In this document: one piece after another, positions 37,101 to 50,204 of the stretch
How the letters are laid out: each line of letters opens with the position of its first letter
Numbering within the stretch: position 1 is the stretch's first letter
NCBI RefSeq assembly: GCF_018350175.1
Contig: NC_058368.1
Location: 163,124,001 to 163,188,000 of the forward strand
Length of the DNA stretch: 64,000 nt
DNA from: Felis catus
Taxonomy: Eukaryota
Reading direction: 5' to 3'
Notes under the pieces: generated by a model
The model's input: only the letters and a program-made list of their open reading frames with translations
Databases searched by the model: none
What the model was told of the DNA's origin: nothing
Program-made: the position numbers and the translations under genes

Positions 37101-39630
37101 GAGGTCTTTTCCTGCTTTCTCCTCTAGAGTTTTGATGATTTCCTATCTCACATTCAGGTCCTTTATCCATTTTGAGTTTATTTTTGTGAATGGTGTGAGA
37201 AAGTGGTCTAGTTTCAATCTTCTGCATGTTGCTGTCCAGTTCTCCCAGCACCATTTGTTAAAGGGACTGTCTTTTTTCCATTGGATGTTCTCTCCTGCTT
37301 TGTCAAAGATTAGTTGGCCATATGTTTGTGGGTCTAGTTCTGGGGTTTCTATTCTATTCCATTGGTCTATGTGTCTGTTTTTGTGCCAATACCATGCTGT
37401 CTTGATGATGACAGCTTTGTAGGAGAGGCTAAAATCTGGGATTGTGATGCCTCCTGCTTTGGTCTTCTTCTTCAAAATTACTTTGGCTATTCGGGGCCTT
37501 TTGTGGTTCCATACGAATTTTAGGATTGCTTGTTCTAGCTTCAAGAAGAATGCTGGTGCAATTTTGATTTGGATTGCATTGAATGTGTAGATAGCTTTGG
37601 GTAGTATTGACATTTTGACAATATTTCTTCTTCCAATCCATGAGCATGGAATGTTTTTCCATTTCTTTATATCTTCTTCAATTTCCTTCATAAGCTTTCT
37701 ATAGTTTTCAGCATACAGATCTTTTACATCTTTGGTTAGATTTATCCCTAGGTATTTTATGCTTCTTGGTGCAATTGTGAATGGGATCAGTTTCTTTATT
37801 TGTCTTTCTGTTGCTTCATTGTTAGTGTCTAAGAATGCAACTGATTTCTGTACATTGATTTGTATCCTACAACTTTGCTAAATTCATGTATCAGTTCTAG
37901 CAGACTTCTGGTGGAGTCTATTGGATTTTCCATGTATAATATCATGTCATCTGCAAAAAGTGAAAGCTTAACTTCATCTTTGCCTATTTTGATGCTTTTG
38001 ATTTCCTTTTGTTGTCTGATTGCTGATGCTAGAACTTCCAACACTATGTTAAACAACAGTGGTGAGAGTGGACATCCCTGTCGTGTTTCTGATCTCAGAG
38101 GAAAAGCTCTCAGTTTTTCCCCATTGAGCATGATGTTAGCTGTGGGCTTTTCATAAATGGCTTTTATGATCTTTAAGTATGTTTCTTCTATCCCAACTTT
38201 CTTGAGAGCTTTTATTAAGAAAGTTGCTGAATTTTGTCAAAGGCCTTTTCTGCATCGATTGACAGGATCATATGGTTCTTATCTTTTCTTTTATTAATGT
38301 GATGTATCACGTTGATTGATTTGCAAATGTTGAACCAGCCCTGCATCCCAGGAATGAATCCCACTTGATCATGGTGAATAATTCTTTTTATAAGCTGTTG
38401 AATTCGATTTGCTAGTATCTTATTGAGAATTTTTGCATCCATATTCATCAGGGATATTGGCCTGTAGTTCCCTTTTTTCCCTGGGTGTCTGTCTGGTTTA
38501 GGAATCAAAGTAATACTGGCTTCATAGAATGAGTCTGGAAGTTTTCCTTCCCTTTCTATTTCTTGGAATAGCTTGAGAAGGATAGGTATTATCTTTGCTT
38601 TAAACGTCTGGTAGAACTCCCCTGGGAAGCCATCTGGTCCTGGACTCTTATCAGACAAACTAGATTTTAAAACAAAGACTGTAACAAGAGATGAACAAAG
38701 GCATTATATCATAATTAAGGGGTCTATCCATCAAGACGAGCTAACAATCACAAATATTTATGCTCTCAACTTGAGCGCACCCAAATATATAAATCAATTA
38801 ATCACAAAAATAAGCAAACTTATTGATAATAATACCATAATTGTAGGAGACTTTAATACTCCATTTACAACAATGAACAGATCATCTAAGCAGAAAATCA
38901 ACAAAGAAACAATGGCTCTGAATGACACATTGGACCAAATGGACTTAACAAATATATTCAGAATATTTCATTCTAAAGCAGCAAAAAACACATTCTTTTT
39001 GAGTGCACATGGAACATTCTCCAGAATAGATCACATATTGGGTCACAAATCAGCCCTCAACAGGTACAAAAAGATTGAGATCATATCATGCATGTTTTCA
39101 GATCACAATGCTATGAAACTTGGAATCAACCACAAGAAAAACTTTGGAAAGGCCTCAAATACATGGGAGTTAAAGAACGTCCTATGAAAGAATCAACGTG
39201 TTAACCAGGAAATTAAAAAAGAAATTAAAAAATACATGGAAGAAAATGCAATGAAAACATGATAGTCCAAACCCTTTGGGATGCAGTAAAGGCAGTCTTA
39301 AGAGGAAAATACATTGCAGTTCAGGCCTATCTCAAGAAGCAAGAAAGGCCCCAAATATACAACCTAATCTTACACCCAAAGGAGCTAGAAAAGGATCAGC
39401 GAATAAAGTGTAAAGCCAGCAGAAGAAGGGAAATAATAAAGATTAGAGCAGAAATAAATGATATAGAATCCAAAAAAAACAGTAGAACAGATCAATGAAA
39501 CTAAGAGCTGGTTTTTTGAAAGAATAAGCAAAACTAACAAACCCTTAGCCAGATTTCTCAAAAAGAAAAGAGAGGACCCAAATGGATAAAGTCAAGAATA
39601 AAGGAGGAGAGATTACAATCAACACCACAG
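34117..39630 (+). mobile_element. Carnivore L1: 5'UTR, internally deleted ORF1, ORF2 endonuclease region; 3'-truncated; interrupted at 35991-38649
   Basis: 5' end with YY1-type aagatggc 34130-34137; ORF1 remnant about 35051-35673; ORF2 from about 35743; IIVGDFNTPF and FSDHNAMKL motifs in ORF 38771-39187; TSD aaaataaatgaattttctt at 34098-34116 and 39631-39649. Confidence 0.93.
35991..38649 (-). mobile_element. Younger feline L1 (RT domain to 3'UTR/poly-A), 5'-truncated, nested antisense
   Basis: ORF pieces [48 protein letters not shown] atcag(c/a)caaactagatttt at 35972-35990 and 38650-38668. Confidence 0.96.
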
Positions 39631-40870
39631 AAAATAAATGAATTTTCTTAATAAAAATAAAAGATGATCCAGACTTTTGATGCATAATATGTAAAATGAG
39701 TTGCACCCAGGCAGGAACAAGTTGCTGATGAAACTCTCAGTGTCTTTGAACATAAACATTCCAGGACCAACTGAATTTTTTGTCTAAGTGAAAGTATTTT
39801 TCTTTTTTCAAATAATTAGGGAAATGTATAATATCAAGACAGTAGCTATCAAGGGCATGCACCTAAATTGAGCTTATGAGACTAGAATATAAAATATATA
39901 TAAACAAGAGACAGAAAGTAAAGCATTTTATTGGATGGGTTATTATAATGTAATATCGAATATTTTTAAAATATCTCATTTCCCAATTGTTTTCATAAAA
40001 TTGTTTTTGTTTTCCTTTAAGTGTATTTTAAAGTAAAACTGGAATTGTGAGTATTACCATATTAGCTGCTGCACAAAAAAAATTGTTCTGATATATGGCC
40101 CGTATAAGAGATGACAAGTATTACATCTTCTTTAACTCATTCCAACACCACTCAACTTCTTCTGCTGTACCTTACTTGAGCAGATGCAAAAATATGTTAC
40201 AATATAGAAATCCTAAATACTGCTTTTGAATTCATACAGTTTGTATTTTATTGACTTTTTAAAATCAGTTTGTTTCTCCCCTTAATATTAGTAGCTCAGC
40301 ACACCAATTTAAGAGAACTGTGCCCTGATGGATAGAGAGCCTGGATCTCAGCAGTATTTTCTTTCTGCTAGAAGCAATAAAATATAGGATGAGCTATTAG
40401 GATTGGGAGGTGGTTGAGGGAAGAATAGAGGGCAAAGATAAGGAGTGTCCAGAAAAAAATCATGAAGCATTCTTAAGCCTGCAGGAATTTATCGGATAAT
40501 TTTAATCCTTAAAAGGGATCTTTGAAGATTTTCATGCTTTCTTGTTGCCAGCAGTGCTTCTGTTGAAATAAGATAATTTCTGTAATTGTGTACCTCAGAA
40601 AAGAAAAAGAAAAAAAATTGAAACATTGGCACATTTTTTCTAAAATACCAAATTAAACAGAATGACAGACTGAGTTAAGGACAGAGAAAAGTGGCAAAGC
40701 TTTGCACATGCCATGACCTCAGATATCCTGCCATAAATTATGTGGATGCTATTTACATGCTTAGAACAAGTATCTTTGTGAAACATTTACATAAAACATG
40801 ATAAAGGTAGCCAGAGTTTACTGATGAAGTACCTAAGAGAACAGAATTTCTTTTTAAAATTGCTGATGTA

Positions 40871-41066
40871 GGGGCATTTGGGTGGCTCAGTCAGTTAAGC
40901 AACCAACTCTTGGTTTTGGCTCAGCTCATGATCTCACAGTTTGTGAGTTTGAGTCCTGCATTGGGCTCTGTGCTGACAGTGTGGAGCCTGCTTGGGATTC
41001 TCTCTCTCTCTCTGCCTCTCTCTCTTTCTCTCAAAATAAATAAGTAAACTTAAAATAAAATAAAAT
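40871..41066 (+). mobile_element. SINEC
   Basis: head, CT tract, (TAAAA)n; degenerate TSD aaaatt(g/t)ctga..ta. Confidence 0.92.
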
Positions 41067-41081
41067 AAAATTTCTGACTTA

Positions 41082-41288
41082 GGGGGTGCCTGGGTGGCTC
41101 AGTCGGTTGAGTGTGCAACTTTGATTCAGGTCATGATCTCAAGGTTCCAGCTCCACATCAGTCTCTGCACTAACAGATGGATGCTGCTTGGGATGCTCTG
41201 TCTCCCTCTGTCTCTATCCCTCCTCAGCTCTCTCTGTCTCTCTCTCAAAAATACATACATATATACATACAAGCAAACAATTAAAAAA
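41082..41288 (+). mobile_element. SINEC (second of a tandem pair)
   Basis: ggggtgcctgggtggctcagtcggttgag head. Confidence 0.9.
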
Positions 41289-42396
41289 TTCTTTCATGTT
41301 AGAAGTAATATGTCAATTTCATGAAGAACAATGTCTGGGTGTAAACATATTCCAAGTTTTCATAAAATGAACAATGTCTATTTTTGTCTGAGGCAACAAT
41401 AAAGTTGAAGGAACAAAAAGCATGGCAGGGCCTGGAATGATAATGTTGCTAACTAGTTTCATGAAATAAAAAGCTTTAAGCTAATATTATATGATATGTA
41501 TTTATATTTACATATAAAATACATAAAAATGTATTATGTATAATTATGTATTATGTATAAAATACATAAAAATACATATATTTCACAGATTTCCTTATTC
41601 AACCCTCCTCACATGGTACAATGTCCTTTAAAAATGTGTTTTTGTTGAGTTTATTATTCAGATTCATATCCTCATGGGATTTAAGCAAAGGCTGAGACAC
41701 ATTTATTAATGCCTAAAATATGGTTCATCTCACTGCAGTGATATGAATGCCAAAAAAAAGAACCAGATATTGCATTTTTCATCAAATATTGAAATAGAGA
41801 TTATCTACTAAATGCAGTTTTTTTCCAGGAGCTTATGGGAAGTAATTTGTATGTATGTGACAGATATCTGAGCATCCTTCATTTAGTGTACGTTTTCATG
41901 TATATTTGCACATATTTTAAAAATGCCACCCTACTTTCAATGTCCTGGGCCTCCAGGCAAACTGACACTGACCAGAGCCCTTCCACCCTCTAGACATCCC
42001 TCAGCAGGCCATGGAAAGCTTGGTGACTTGACGATCAAAAAGTAAATACCCATGACCACATACTCTCGTTTCCCCCTCTCCTTCTGCCTTTGACATTCTT
42101 TTATGCCATTCATGTAAAAACTCTGAGCTTATTCCTCCAGAAATTCCACAGGTTTTTAATCATCTACCTATCCAATAGGGTAAACCTGCTCACCTACTTC
42201 CTCTCAACCAGGAGTCTGCCTCCTGCTTCTCATGAGCCTGTCACCTTGACAACCTTCTGTGCTTCCCCTGTTACTTGTCAGTTACGTATAAATTCCCAGC
42301 TGCTCAATATAGTGTGAGAGATGACAGTATTTCATGTCGTATGAATTTTAGTGTAGTCCTAGTGAGAATATAAAAATGAGAGGTTATAGGTTAAAG

Positions 42397-43108
42397 CAGT
42401 AGTTCTCGAAGGTTTTGGTCTCTGTATCCCTCCATACTCTTAAAGATCCCAAAGACCTTTTTGGTTTATGTGAATAATAGCTACTGATGTTTTTTGTATT
42501 AGAAAGTAAAACAAAATTTTCAAATATTTATTAATTCATTTAAAAATAATGGTCGTTTGGGGCGCCTGGGTGGCTCTGTTGGTTAAGCGTCCGACTTCAA
42601 CTCAGGTCACGATCTCGCGGTCCGTGAGTTCGAGCCCCGCGTCGGGCTATGGGCTGATGGCTCGGAGCCTGGAGCCTGTTTCCGATTCTGTGTCTCCCTC
42701 TCTCTCTGCCCCTCCCCCATTCATGCTCTGTCTCTCTCTGTCTCAAAAATAAATAAACGTTAAAAAAAATTAAAAAACATAATGGTCGTAAACCCACTAC
42801 ATGGTAACAATAATATATTTATGAGAACAAAATACCCTACATTTTCCACAGTGAAAGAAATTCAGTGAGAAAAAAGCCATTGTTTGCATTTTGGCCAATG
42901 TGTTTAATGTCTGATTTAATAGCCAAAATTAAACGTAAATTCTTGCTTCTCTTATTTGCTTCTACAGTTAGTCGCTTATGATATCACATGTCATATAGAT
43001 ACTGGAAAACACTACCTGCTTCTGAGCAAAAGTGATAAAGGCAAATATCTGTCTTGTAATTTAACCTCACGGATTGTGGGGTCTTTTATACTTTGTGTGG
43101 CATAACTG
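42397..43108. mobile_element. Charlie1-family hAT non-autonomous element split by a SINE
   Basis: cagtagttctcgaaggttttggtctc...aaatatttattaattcatttaaaaataa...aaacccactacatgg...tgtttaatgtctgatttaatag. Confidence 0.75.
42559..42778 (+). mobile_element. SINEC_Fc-type copy
   Basis: TSD ataatggtcgt at 42546-42556 and 42779-42789. Confidence 0.96.
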
Positions 43109-43986
43109 TAAAAACGTTTCAGCATCTCTCAGCCACCCCCCGGATTTCATTGTGAGATCCTCTGGAATAAACGACTCTGAGAAAGGGACCATTGAGAATA
43201 CAGTGCAGTGCCTCTTAAAGGTGAATAACGAACAGAATTCTTCTGAAGTAAAAATAATTTCAGGGACTCTTCAATGATTACTTAAACTATATTTAATATG
43301 ATGTAAATATAAACTAAAATCTAGGTGGAAATTCATTGCATAAGCCTTTGGACAACTATTAAATTGAAATTTAAAATTACAAATTACATAAACAAAAAAC
43401 GAAATTCTAATTCTTAACACTGATTTAATGTGACAGGTGATATTTGCTGGATATTTCTAACATGAATATAATACTCACTGCTCTAGCAGCAAGGCTTGTC
43501 AGTATGTGTGTACTATCATGTCCCATGTGTAACACAGTCTTCTCTCTCGTGCTCTCATTGGAACTCAGGTGCACAAAATTAGATAAATCATCATCTTTAG
43601 TTCAGCGCACATTCTCATCATTAATCCATTCATAGTCCTCTTACACTTAGCTGGTTAATTTTTGTAGTGTTACAAACGACAGTAAACCCATCGCTCAAAA
43701 TAAAACCCAGGATCCTGAGAAGGACGGTGATAGTGACCACACATTAGGGTAGACTTTTACTTCCTACTCTTCCCTTACCTCAGGCTTTATTGCTTCAGGC
43801 ACACAACTGACCCTCTTTAACCCTCAATTCCTCACTTGTAGAAAGAGGAGGGCTGATCTACATTACTTCCAAATGTCCCGCTGCCTTTCAGAGGAAAAGA
43901 GAGCAGATTCTAGTCAGATCTTTTTTCTTTAAATTTTTGCTCCATCGCCCAATAGCTTAGTTCTCACTTTAAAAAATGAGGGTGTA

Positions 43987-44207
43987 GGGACGCTTGGGTG
44001 GCGCAGTCGGTTAAGCGTCCGACTTCAGCCAGGTCACCATCTCACGGTCCGTGAGTTCGAGCCCCACGTCAGGCTCTGGGCTGATGGCTCAGAGCCTGGA
44101 GCCTGTTTCCGATTCTGTGTCTCCCTCTCTCTCTGCCCCTCCCCCATTCATGCTCTGTCTCTTTCTGTCCCAAAAATAAATAAATGTTGAAAAAAAAATT
44201 TTTTTTT
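43987..44207 (+). mobile_element. SINEC_Fc-type copy
   Basis: TSD aaatgagg(g/a)tgta at 43974-43986 and 44208-44220. Confidence 0.96.
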
Positions 44208-44224
44208 AAATGAGGATGTATACA

Positions 44225-44318
44225 TAAGGGGTGAATCACAGGAATCTACTCCTGAAATCATTAGCACATTATATGCTAACTTGCATATAAATTAAAAATA
44301 AATAAATAAATAAATAAG
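44225..44318 (+). mobile_element. Very short carnivore L1 3'-end fragment inside a MIR
   Basis: gaatcacaggaatctactcctgaaatc...atatgctaac + (TAAA)n tail; MIR resumes about 44325-44395. Confidence 0.7.
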
Positions 44319-45594
44319 TTAGTCAGGATAAAAACAGTACTGACCTGATAGAGTTGTTGTGAAGATTAAATAAAATAATATGTATGAAACAGTAAAACAC
44401 AACAACAAACACAGAAACAAAAACTTGGGATCCTGACAATAGCTTACACTGACAATATGACCTCCTGTTCTGCTCCCTAGGCTCCTATGCCTGTGGTAAC
44501 CATCATCCTAACTTCTGTACTTACGATCATTTTTGCCTTTTAAAAGATGGTTTTATGTCATATACATAGTTTTATAAATGTATAAGAAGGATTATATATT
44601 TCTAAAAAGTACATTTTATTTTTATTGTTTTTAATTTCATAGGAGAAATATGATATTTGGAAACATTCTTTCCTTTGATATTATATTTCTAATATCCATC
44701 CATATTGTATTCCTGCATGGTGCCGCACTTTATTCACTTTAACTACTATATCACATTCTATTGTGTGAATATGTAGCAGTTTATCCAGCCACCTTTTTAT
44801 TTGTGGGTAATGGGTTATTTCCTATATCTTCACTATCAAGAACAATGCTTCTTTGAGCATTCTTATTCACACATCCTATTGTACATATGTAAGTCATTTC
44901 TTCTACCATTTTTCTCTATTGGAGTTCCAGTAAAACCTATAGCATACCTGATGTCACATGCTCTTCACTTGGCTCAAAAACATAATTTATATAATCAAAA
45001 GAATAGAGCATTTTTGAGCATTTACTGTATGGCAGACAATATTCTAAGATCTCTACTCATATCAACTCCTTTAATATTCACACTAACCTAGTGAGGTTGG
45101 TAGTTATCATTTTCTCTATTTTACAGACAAGGACACTAGCAACTAAAAGTCAGAATAAATTTTCAGAGATATTGCCCGGATTCAAACACAGGCAGTTGGG
45201 CTCCAGAGCATGCTGTTTTATTACAACCATCATTAATTCTTTTTCTTTAGCTCACAAAAATGACTTGTGACAAAAGCAATGAAATTGCATGGCAGTCCTC
45301 AATTAGAGGGTCATCCAGATAAACAAGACTATTTTTACATAATTTATTTAAAGTTAGAATTGAAATGTAAATGAACATTTTAAAATTTGTATATTGTTTC
45401 TGGACATTCCGAAAATATGTCTGTAGACCCTAGTTTGAGAAATAATGCTATCAAGGAATGACTGGTTGGACCTTCTCTATAATCTAGGACTTCAGTCAAG
45501 TTTATTGTAAGTGATAGGAATGCAACTGAAAGTGGTGTAACAATAAGATAATTTGTTGTCTCACAGATTTAGGCAGGATGCAAGGTAGTCAGAT

Positions 45595-45778
45595 GAAAAA
45601 AAAATGTTGCAGGAGAAATAGACAAATCTGTGACAATAGTTGGAGACTTCAATACCCTTCTTTCAATAGTTAATAGAATAAGGAAACATAAAAATCAGCA
45701 CAAATAAGGAAGAATTTAATAGCATAATCTGTCAAAAGGATCTAATCAACAGGTATAAAACACTCCACACTACAACTC
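45595..45778 (+). mobile_element. Ancient L1M endonuclease-region fragment
   Basis: gaaatagacaaatctgtgacaatagttggagacttcaataccc encodes IVGDFNT. Confidence 0.75.
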
Positions 45779-45784
45779 TTCCCA

Positions 45785-46622
45785 TTAAAATCAACTGGTC
45801 TATCTTGCATTTTAAGTTAACACTTATTGAAGAATGATTCAATAACATCATGGATGGTCATGTGAAAAATGTCGGTTCACTGAGTTATCCAAATCTTCCC
45901 TATTTTATTGTGCAACATAAAAAAGTACGTTTGCTAACATCATCACTGACCTTTAAGAAAAATCTTTAAGCACTGGAAAATACAAGTTTTCCAAAATTCT
46001 AATTTTGCTTCAACGTTTGGTATTTATTACTGGCAACAAATATTGTTATTTATTTTCCTTGAAATCACAGGCCTGCATGGTTCATTTTCCAGAAAATATC
46101 TGCCAAATACCTAAATCTAAATAACTACATTTTCTCTGCCAGTAATTTCTTTTCAAGTAAAAATGGTGTTGCGTGGAGACGCAGCTATATTAGCTCACAA
46201 CTTCAACAATTGCCCCAGTGCTTTCCCTCATAACAATAGTATTTGAGTACGCAGAAGTGCTTCATGAGTACTTTGCATTTGGTGACACAGAACATGAAAA
46301 AAACGGGTATTCAAGTAGCAAATGTAAGAGTCATTTTTACCGCTACATCTGTGACATTCTTAAGTAAAGTTGGCATTAAAATTTTTATAATGTAAGTGTA
46401 TGGCTATAAAAAATTATTATTCATACAATTTGGTGCCTTGATTCATATTAAGGCACCAGCAGTTTTACCCATGATTTCTTTTGTGCCATCACTACAAATG
46501 GAACACAGTGAAAAAGGCAAATAATGTCTTAGTGTTATTATTAAAGAAGTTTTGACTTCATGGACCCCCTGAAAAGGTAAGAGACTCTCAGGATTCTAGA
46601 GACCACATTCTTGACAGCACTG
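45785..46622. mobile_element. Charlie1a-like hAT fragment with one terminus
   Basis: ttttccaaaattctaattttgctt...aaggcaccagcagttttaccca...gtgaaaaaggcaaataatgtcttag...ggaccccctgaaa. Confidence 0.8.
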
Positions 46623-49600
46623 CTCTGTTAGAACAAATCTTTTGCTTCTCTGGTTCAACTAGTGTTTCCATCCTGGTAGAACAGTAACTAGAATGTAGTA
46701 GGTAGTCAATAAATATTTGTTGGGTAAAGAATGGAGGGATGAATGAATCATCCCTGTAGACACTTGGTTGAAATTTCTTTACCACTCTGTAAATGTACAA
46801 AGACTAAGAATTCATCCATGAATTAGTTAATTTACCTTTTTAAACAGCAGCTAGCCCCAGAAAGGAGAAAGAAGAAATAGTTCTAGTTTGATCTCTAGTG
46901 CATAAAGTCAGGTTCAGATAAAAGAGTACATCTAATATGGATATAAAACCAAGATATCCATAAGGCATCAGAGAAATGGTGGGTTTTTTTCCTAATCTCA
47001 AACTTCCATGAAAATTCAAAGGGAAATGGTAGTAACACTTTTATATTGATATGAGTCAGATGATAAGTTCATTATAAAAATATGGCTTTATGGTTACTTA
47101 CAAGAACCTATTAAGCCAGATTTTCCCAGGAGAGAGAGAAAAAGAATGTCCATAACAGTATTCCTTTGGCATGATTATTCAAACACCTAATACAATTATT
47201 ATGATTATCTATTTTTGTTACAGATTAAATGCCAGTAGACAATACTCTGCATTAGATTTTGTTCTTTCATAAACTCTATTTTTATTATAAAACATGCCAC
47301 TTCTTCACCTAAAACATAGGGAAAGAGACCCCGTTACATAAAGTAGCTGTTAGAATAAAAAGCAAGGTTCAAAATCTTCCCCTTTGAATAGTCATCTACC
47401 ATTTGCAGGCAGCAGTGTGTAGCCAAGACTTTGGGGTTAGAAGGAATAGAAACCAGAGTCGGAATCCCAGAGCCATTTTTTCCAGCTCTCTAAGCCCCTG
47501 GATGAGTTTTTTGTTTTTTGTTTTTTGTTTTAATTTATCTAACCTGGAGTTCTCTCATGTAGAGGAGATCACAAAATTAATTTCAGGTGAGAACATTTTT
47601 GTGCGTTGCCAATTCATGAAGTAATGGCTTTGAAAGTGGCTGACAAATTATAAAGAAAAATCAACTAATAGTAATGTTCATTGCTATTTTTGCAACTCAA
47701 ATAACTGTGCTTATACCTAACCAGTCTTAAGTCATGTCAATATTGGAAAAGAATAAAGGTTTTCATCATGAATATTAACCTAAAGGAAAATGCCTCTTAT
47801 TTTTGATAATAAAAAATACTGGAAATTTAAGTCATCATTTCCTATCTGCAAACTGATGAGCTCTACATCTTGCATTTCTAAGGCTTCCAATAAAAACAGG
47901 AAAAGAGGATTATAAGAGCCACAATAGCAGATTAAGAAAGGATTAATTGCAATTTACAAACCACTGAACACCTAAAAAACACCTATTGGACATTTAAAAA
48001 CTAGCTACTAAATATGACCACATTAAGGTAATATATTTTATTCCCCCTTTAAAATATCCTTTGCATGCAAAGTATATCTATCTATCATGTAGTCAATTAT
48101 CTTACACAGCATGAGATCAATCCTAACATATGCACATGAGAGTAATAACATGGCATACTGTTTGTTTGAAAGTAATAGGTACACTAGAATAGTCTACCAT
48201 ACCGACATACCTTTAATGTCCCAGTGTTAAAAAGGCTCTTTAAGATTGTGAATTAGCAATAGTGTATGAACGCTCCAAATATGGTACTGATGCAATTACT
48301 TAGAATGTTAAATGCATTGGGAAATCTTTCCTTTTATTTTATTTTCTTCACAAATGCAGGAGAAAAAAGCTATAGGGATCATTTCTTGTCTTAGTCTGAG
48401 AACCCCTGTGGAGAGGATCCAAGCGTGATGTTTCCTTTGAAGTGAATGGAATATCCATTCTCAGATCAGCCATGAGGATATATAGAGGAGAACAAGAAAC
48501 TGGCTGAATGAAAACTGACATTAGCATTTAAATAAGGCTAGGCTTAAAAGAAAATTTATGCAACAAAAAATACTAAGATTTGAAAACTAACATGCAATTT
48601 TTCAGAATCCTAGGTCAAACCACCTTGCATTAGAAGCAGGTCTTTGTTAGGTCTAACACAAAGAAACTAACAATAGAAAATGTTCAAAAAGCTTAAAGGT
48701 TAGGTCAGATATAGGAGATCTATAGCATATTGAAATATCATAGATGCCAAGTATTCCTACTGTGGATACACACAAAAGTCCTGCAACAGCCATGGATTGT
48801 ATGTGTCCCAAATCCTGATTTTCATTCTGTATTTAATACTAGTAGACTGGCAACGAATAAAACAAAACACAACAAAAATAACCACCACAAAACAATATTC
48901 CAGTTAAGAATTCAAGCATAAATCTTGCTGATGTGAGAAAATACAGCCTAGGAAATATAATCTTCTTTTAATGCAAAATGTATCTGCCATCTATAAAACC
49001 AAAATAGAAACCATAATCAGTGATTTCAGCAGTATCCATCATCTGTCAGTCAAAAACTAGGCTTTGAATAGCAGCAGTGTTCTTGGTGTATTCAGCTGAA
49101 TTTAAGTCATGGCTCCTGATTTTGATGTTTATACGTAAGAAGATAGCTAACTATATAAGGCAATATATGTTGAGCACCAAAAATTTTTTGAAGGAAGAGA
49201 ATCTTAATAAGTTAAAATTCCCTGCAAAGGTTTCCTAGACAGTTCTCAAAGGATGGAGAGCACCTAGCCCAACAGAGTGGAATGTTGAGGTCCTGCACAT
49301 AGAGGGAAGTACCCAAGCAAAGACTTCGAAACAGGCAGGAAGAGTGAGTTTGAGGATGGGAAGAGGACCAAAGGTCTATAGAGCAAAGAGACCTAGCAGT
49401 ACCTGGTGAAAAATAAAGGAGGAAAGGAAGGTTGGGATCAGAATGAAGAGGGCTCTCTAGTCAGAGCTCTCATGGCAAGTCACAGACCTAAAGAATCATA
49501 ATTGGAAGGGCGTGGTGGGGTTGATCAGATCCAACTTACCGAGTAACCCTTGACTGCCTGCCTCTTCAAGCACCCATGGCGAATTGTCATCCAGTCTCTG

Positions 49601-50204
49601 TTCGCAGAATGATGAAAAATTGATGTGCATATTAACTTTCTTAGGTCCCTGGTCTTTTCCCCTTGTATACATCATGAATTCATAAAATATGAACCCCCAA
49701 ATTGTGTGTTGATGAATGACAGAATAACATACTCTTCGTACTGGGAGAATCCAGGGAATGGATGGAAATAGCCAGGAAAGGTATCATAGAAAAGGAGGAC
49801 ATCAATGGGCTTTGAAAAATGGGTAGTACTTAGGAAGTAGAGAGGAAAGGGACGGATTCTGCACAGGTAGATTTTAGGAGGAAAACCTCAAGGGCAAAAA
49901 GAACGTACATTACGGAGAAAAAACTACAAAGATCCACCTTTTTAGCACAGATTTTTCATTAAGAAGTGGTGAGTGTCAAGACCATCAAAAAGATATCAAA
50001 AGACTTTGGATTTGTTGATGTAGACAATAAGTTGCTACAGTAAATTCTCGAGTAAAATTAGCATTTAGAATGTAAGGAAAACATGCTGAAAGTAGCATTT
50101 TTAGGAAGACCAAATTAATGATAATGGACCCGATAGATGGATTTAGAAAAAAACTGGAGTCAGAAGCACTATTTAAGAATCTTTTTAACTGGAAAAGCAA
50201 TAAG

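Noticed and set aside
36232..39498. ORFs with RT/endonuclease motifs as a functional gene or novel RT system
   Set aside because: They are frameshifted, stop-interrupted pieces of two L1 ORF2 copies on opposite strands
34117..39630. Single L1 with a twin-priming inversion
   Set aside because: The minus-strand part has its own TSD and tail, and the host ORF2 is colinear across it, so this is a nested insertion
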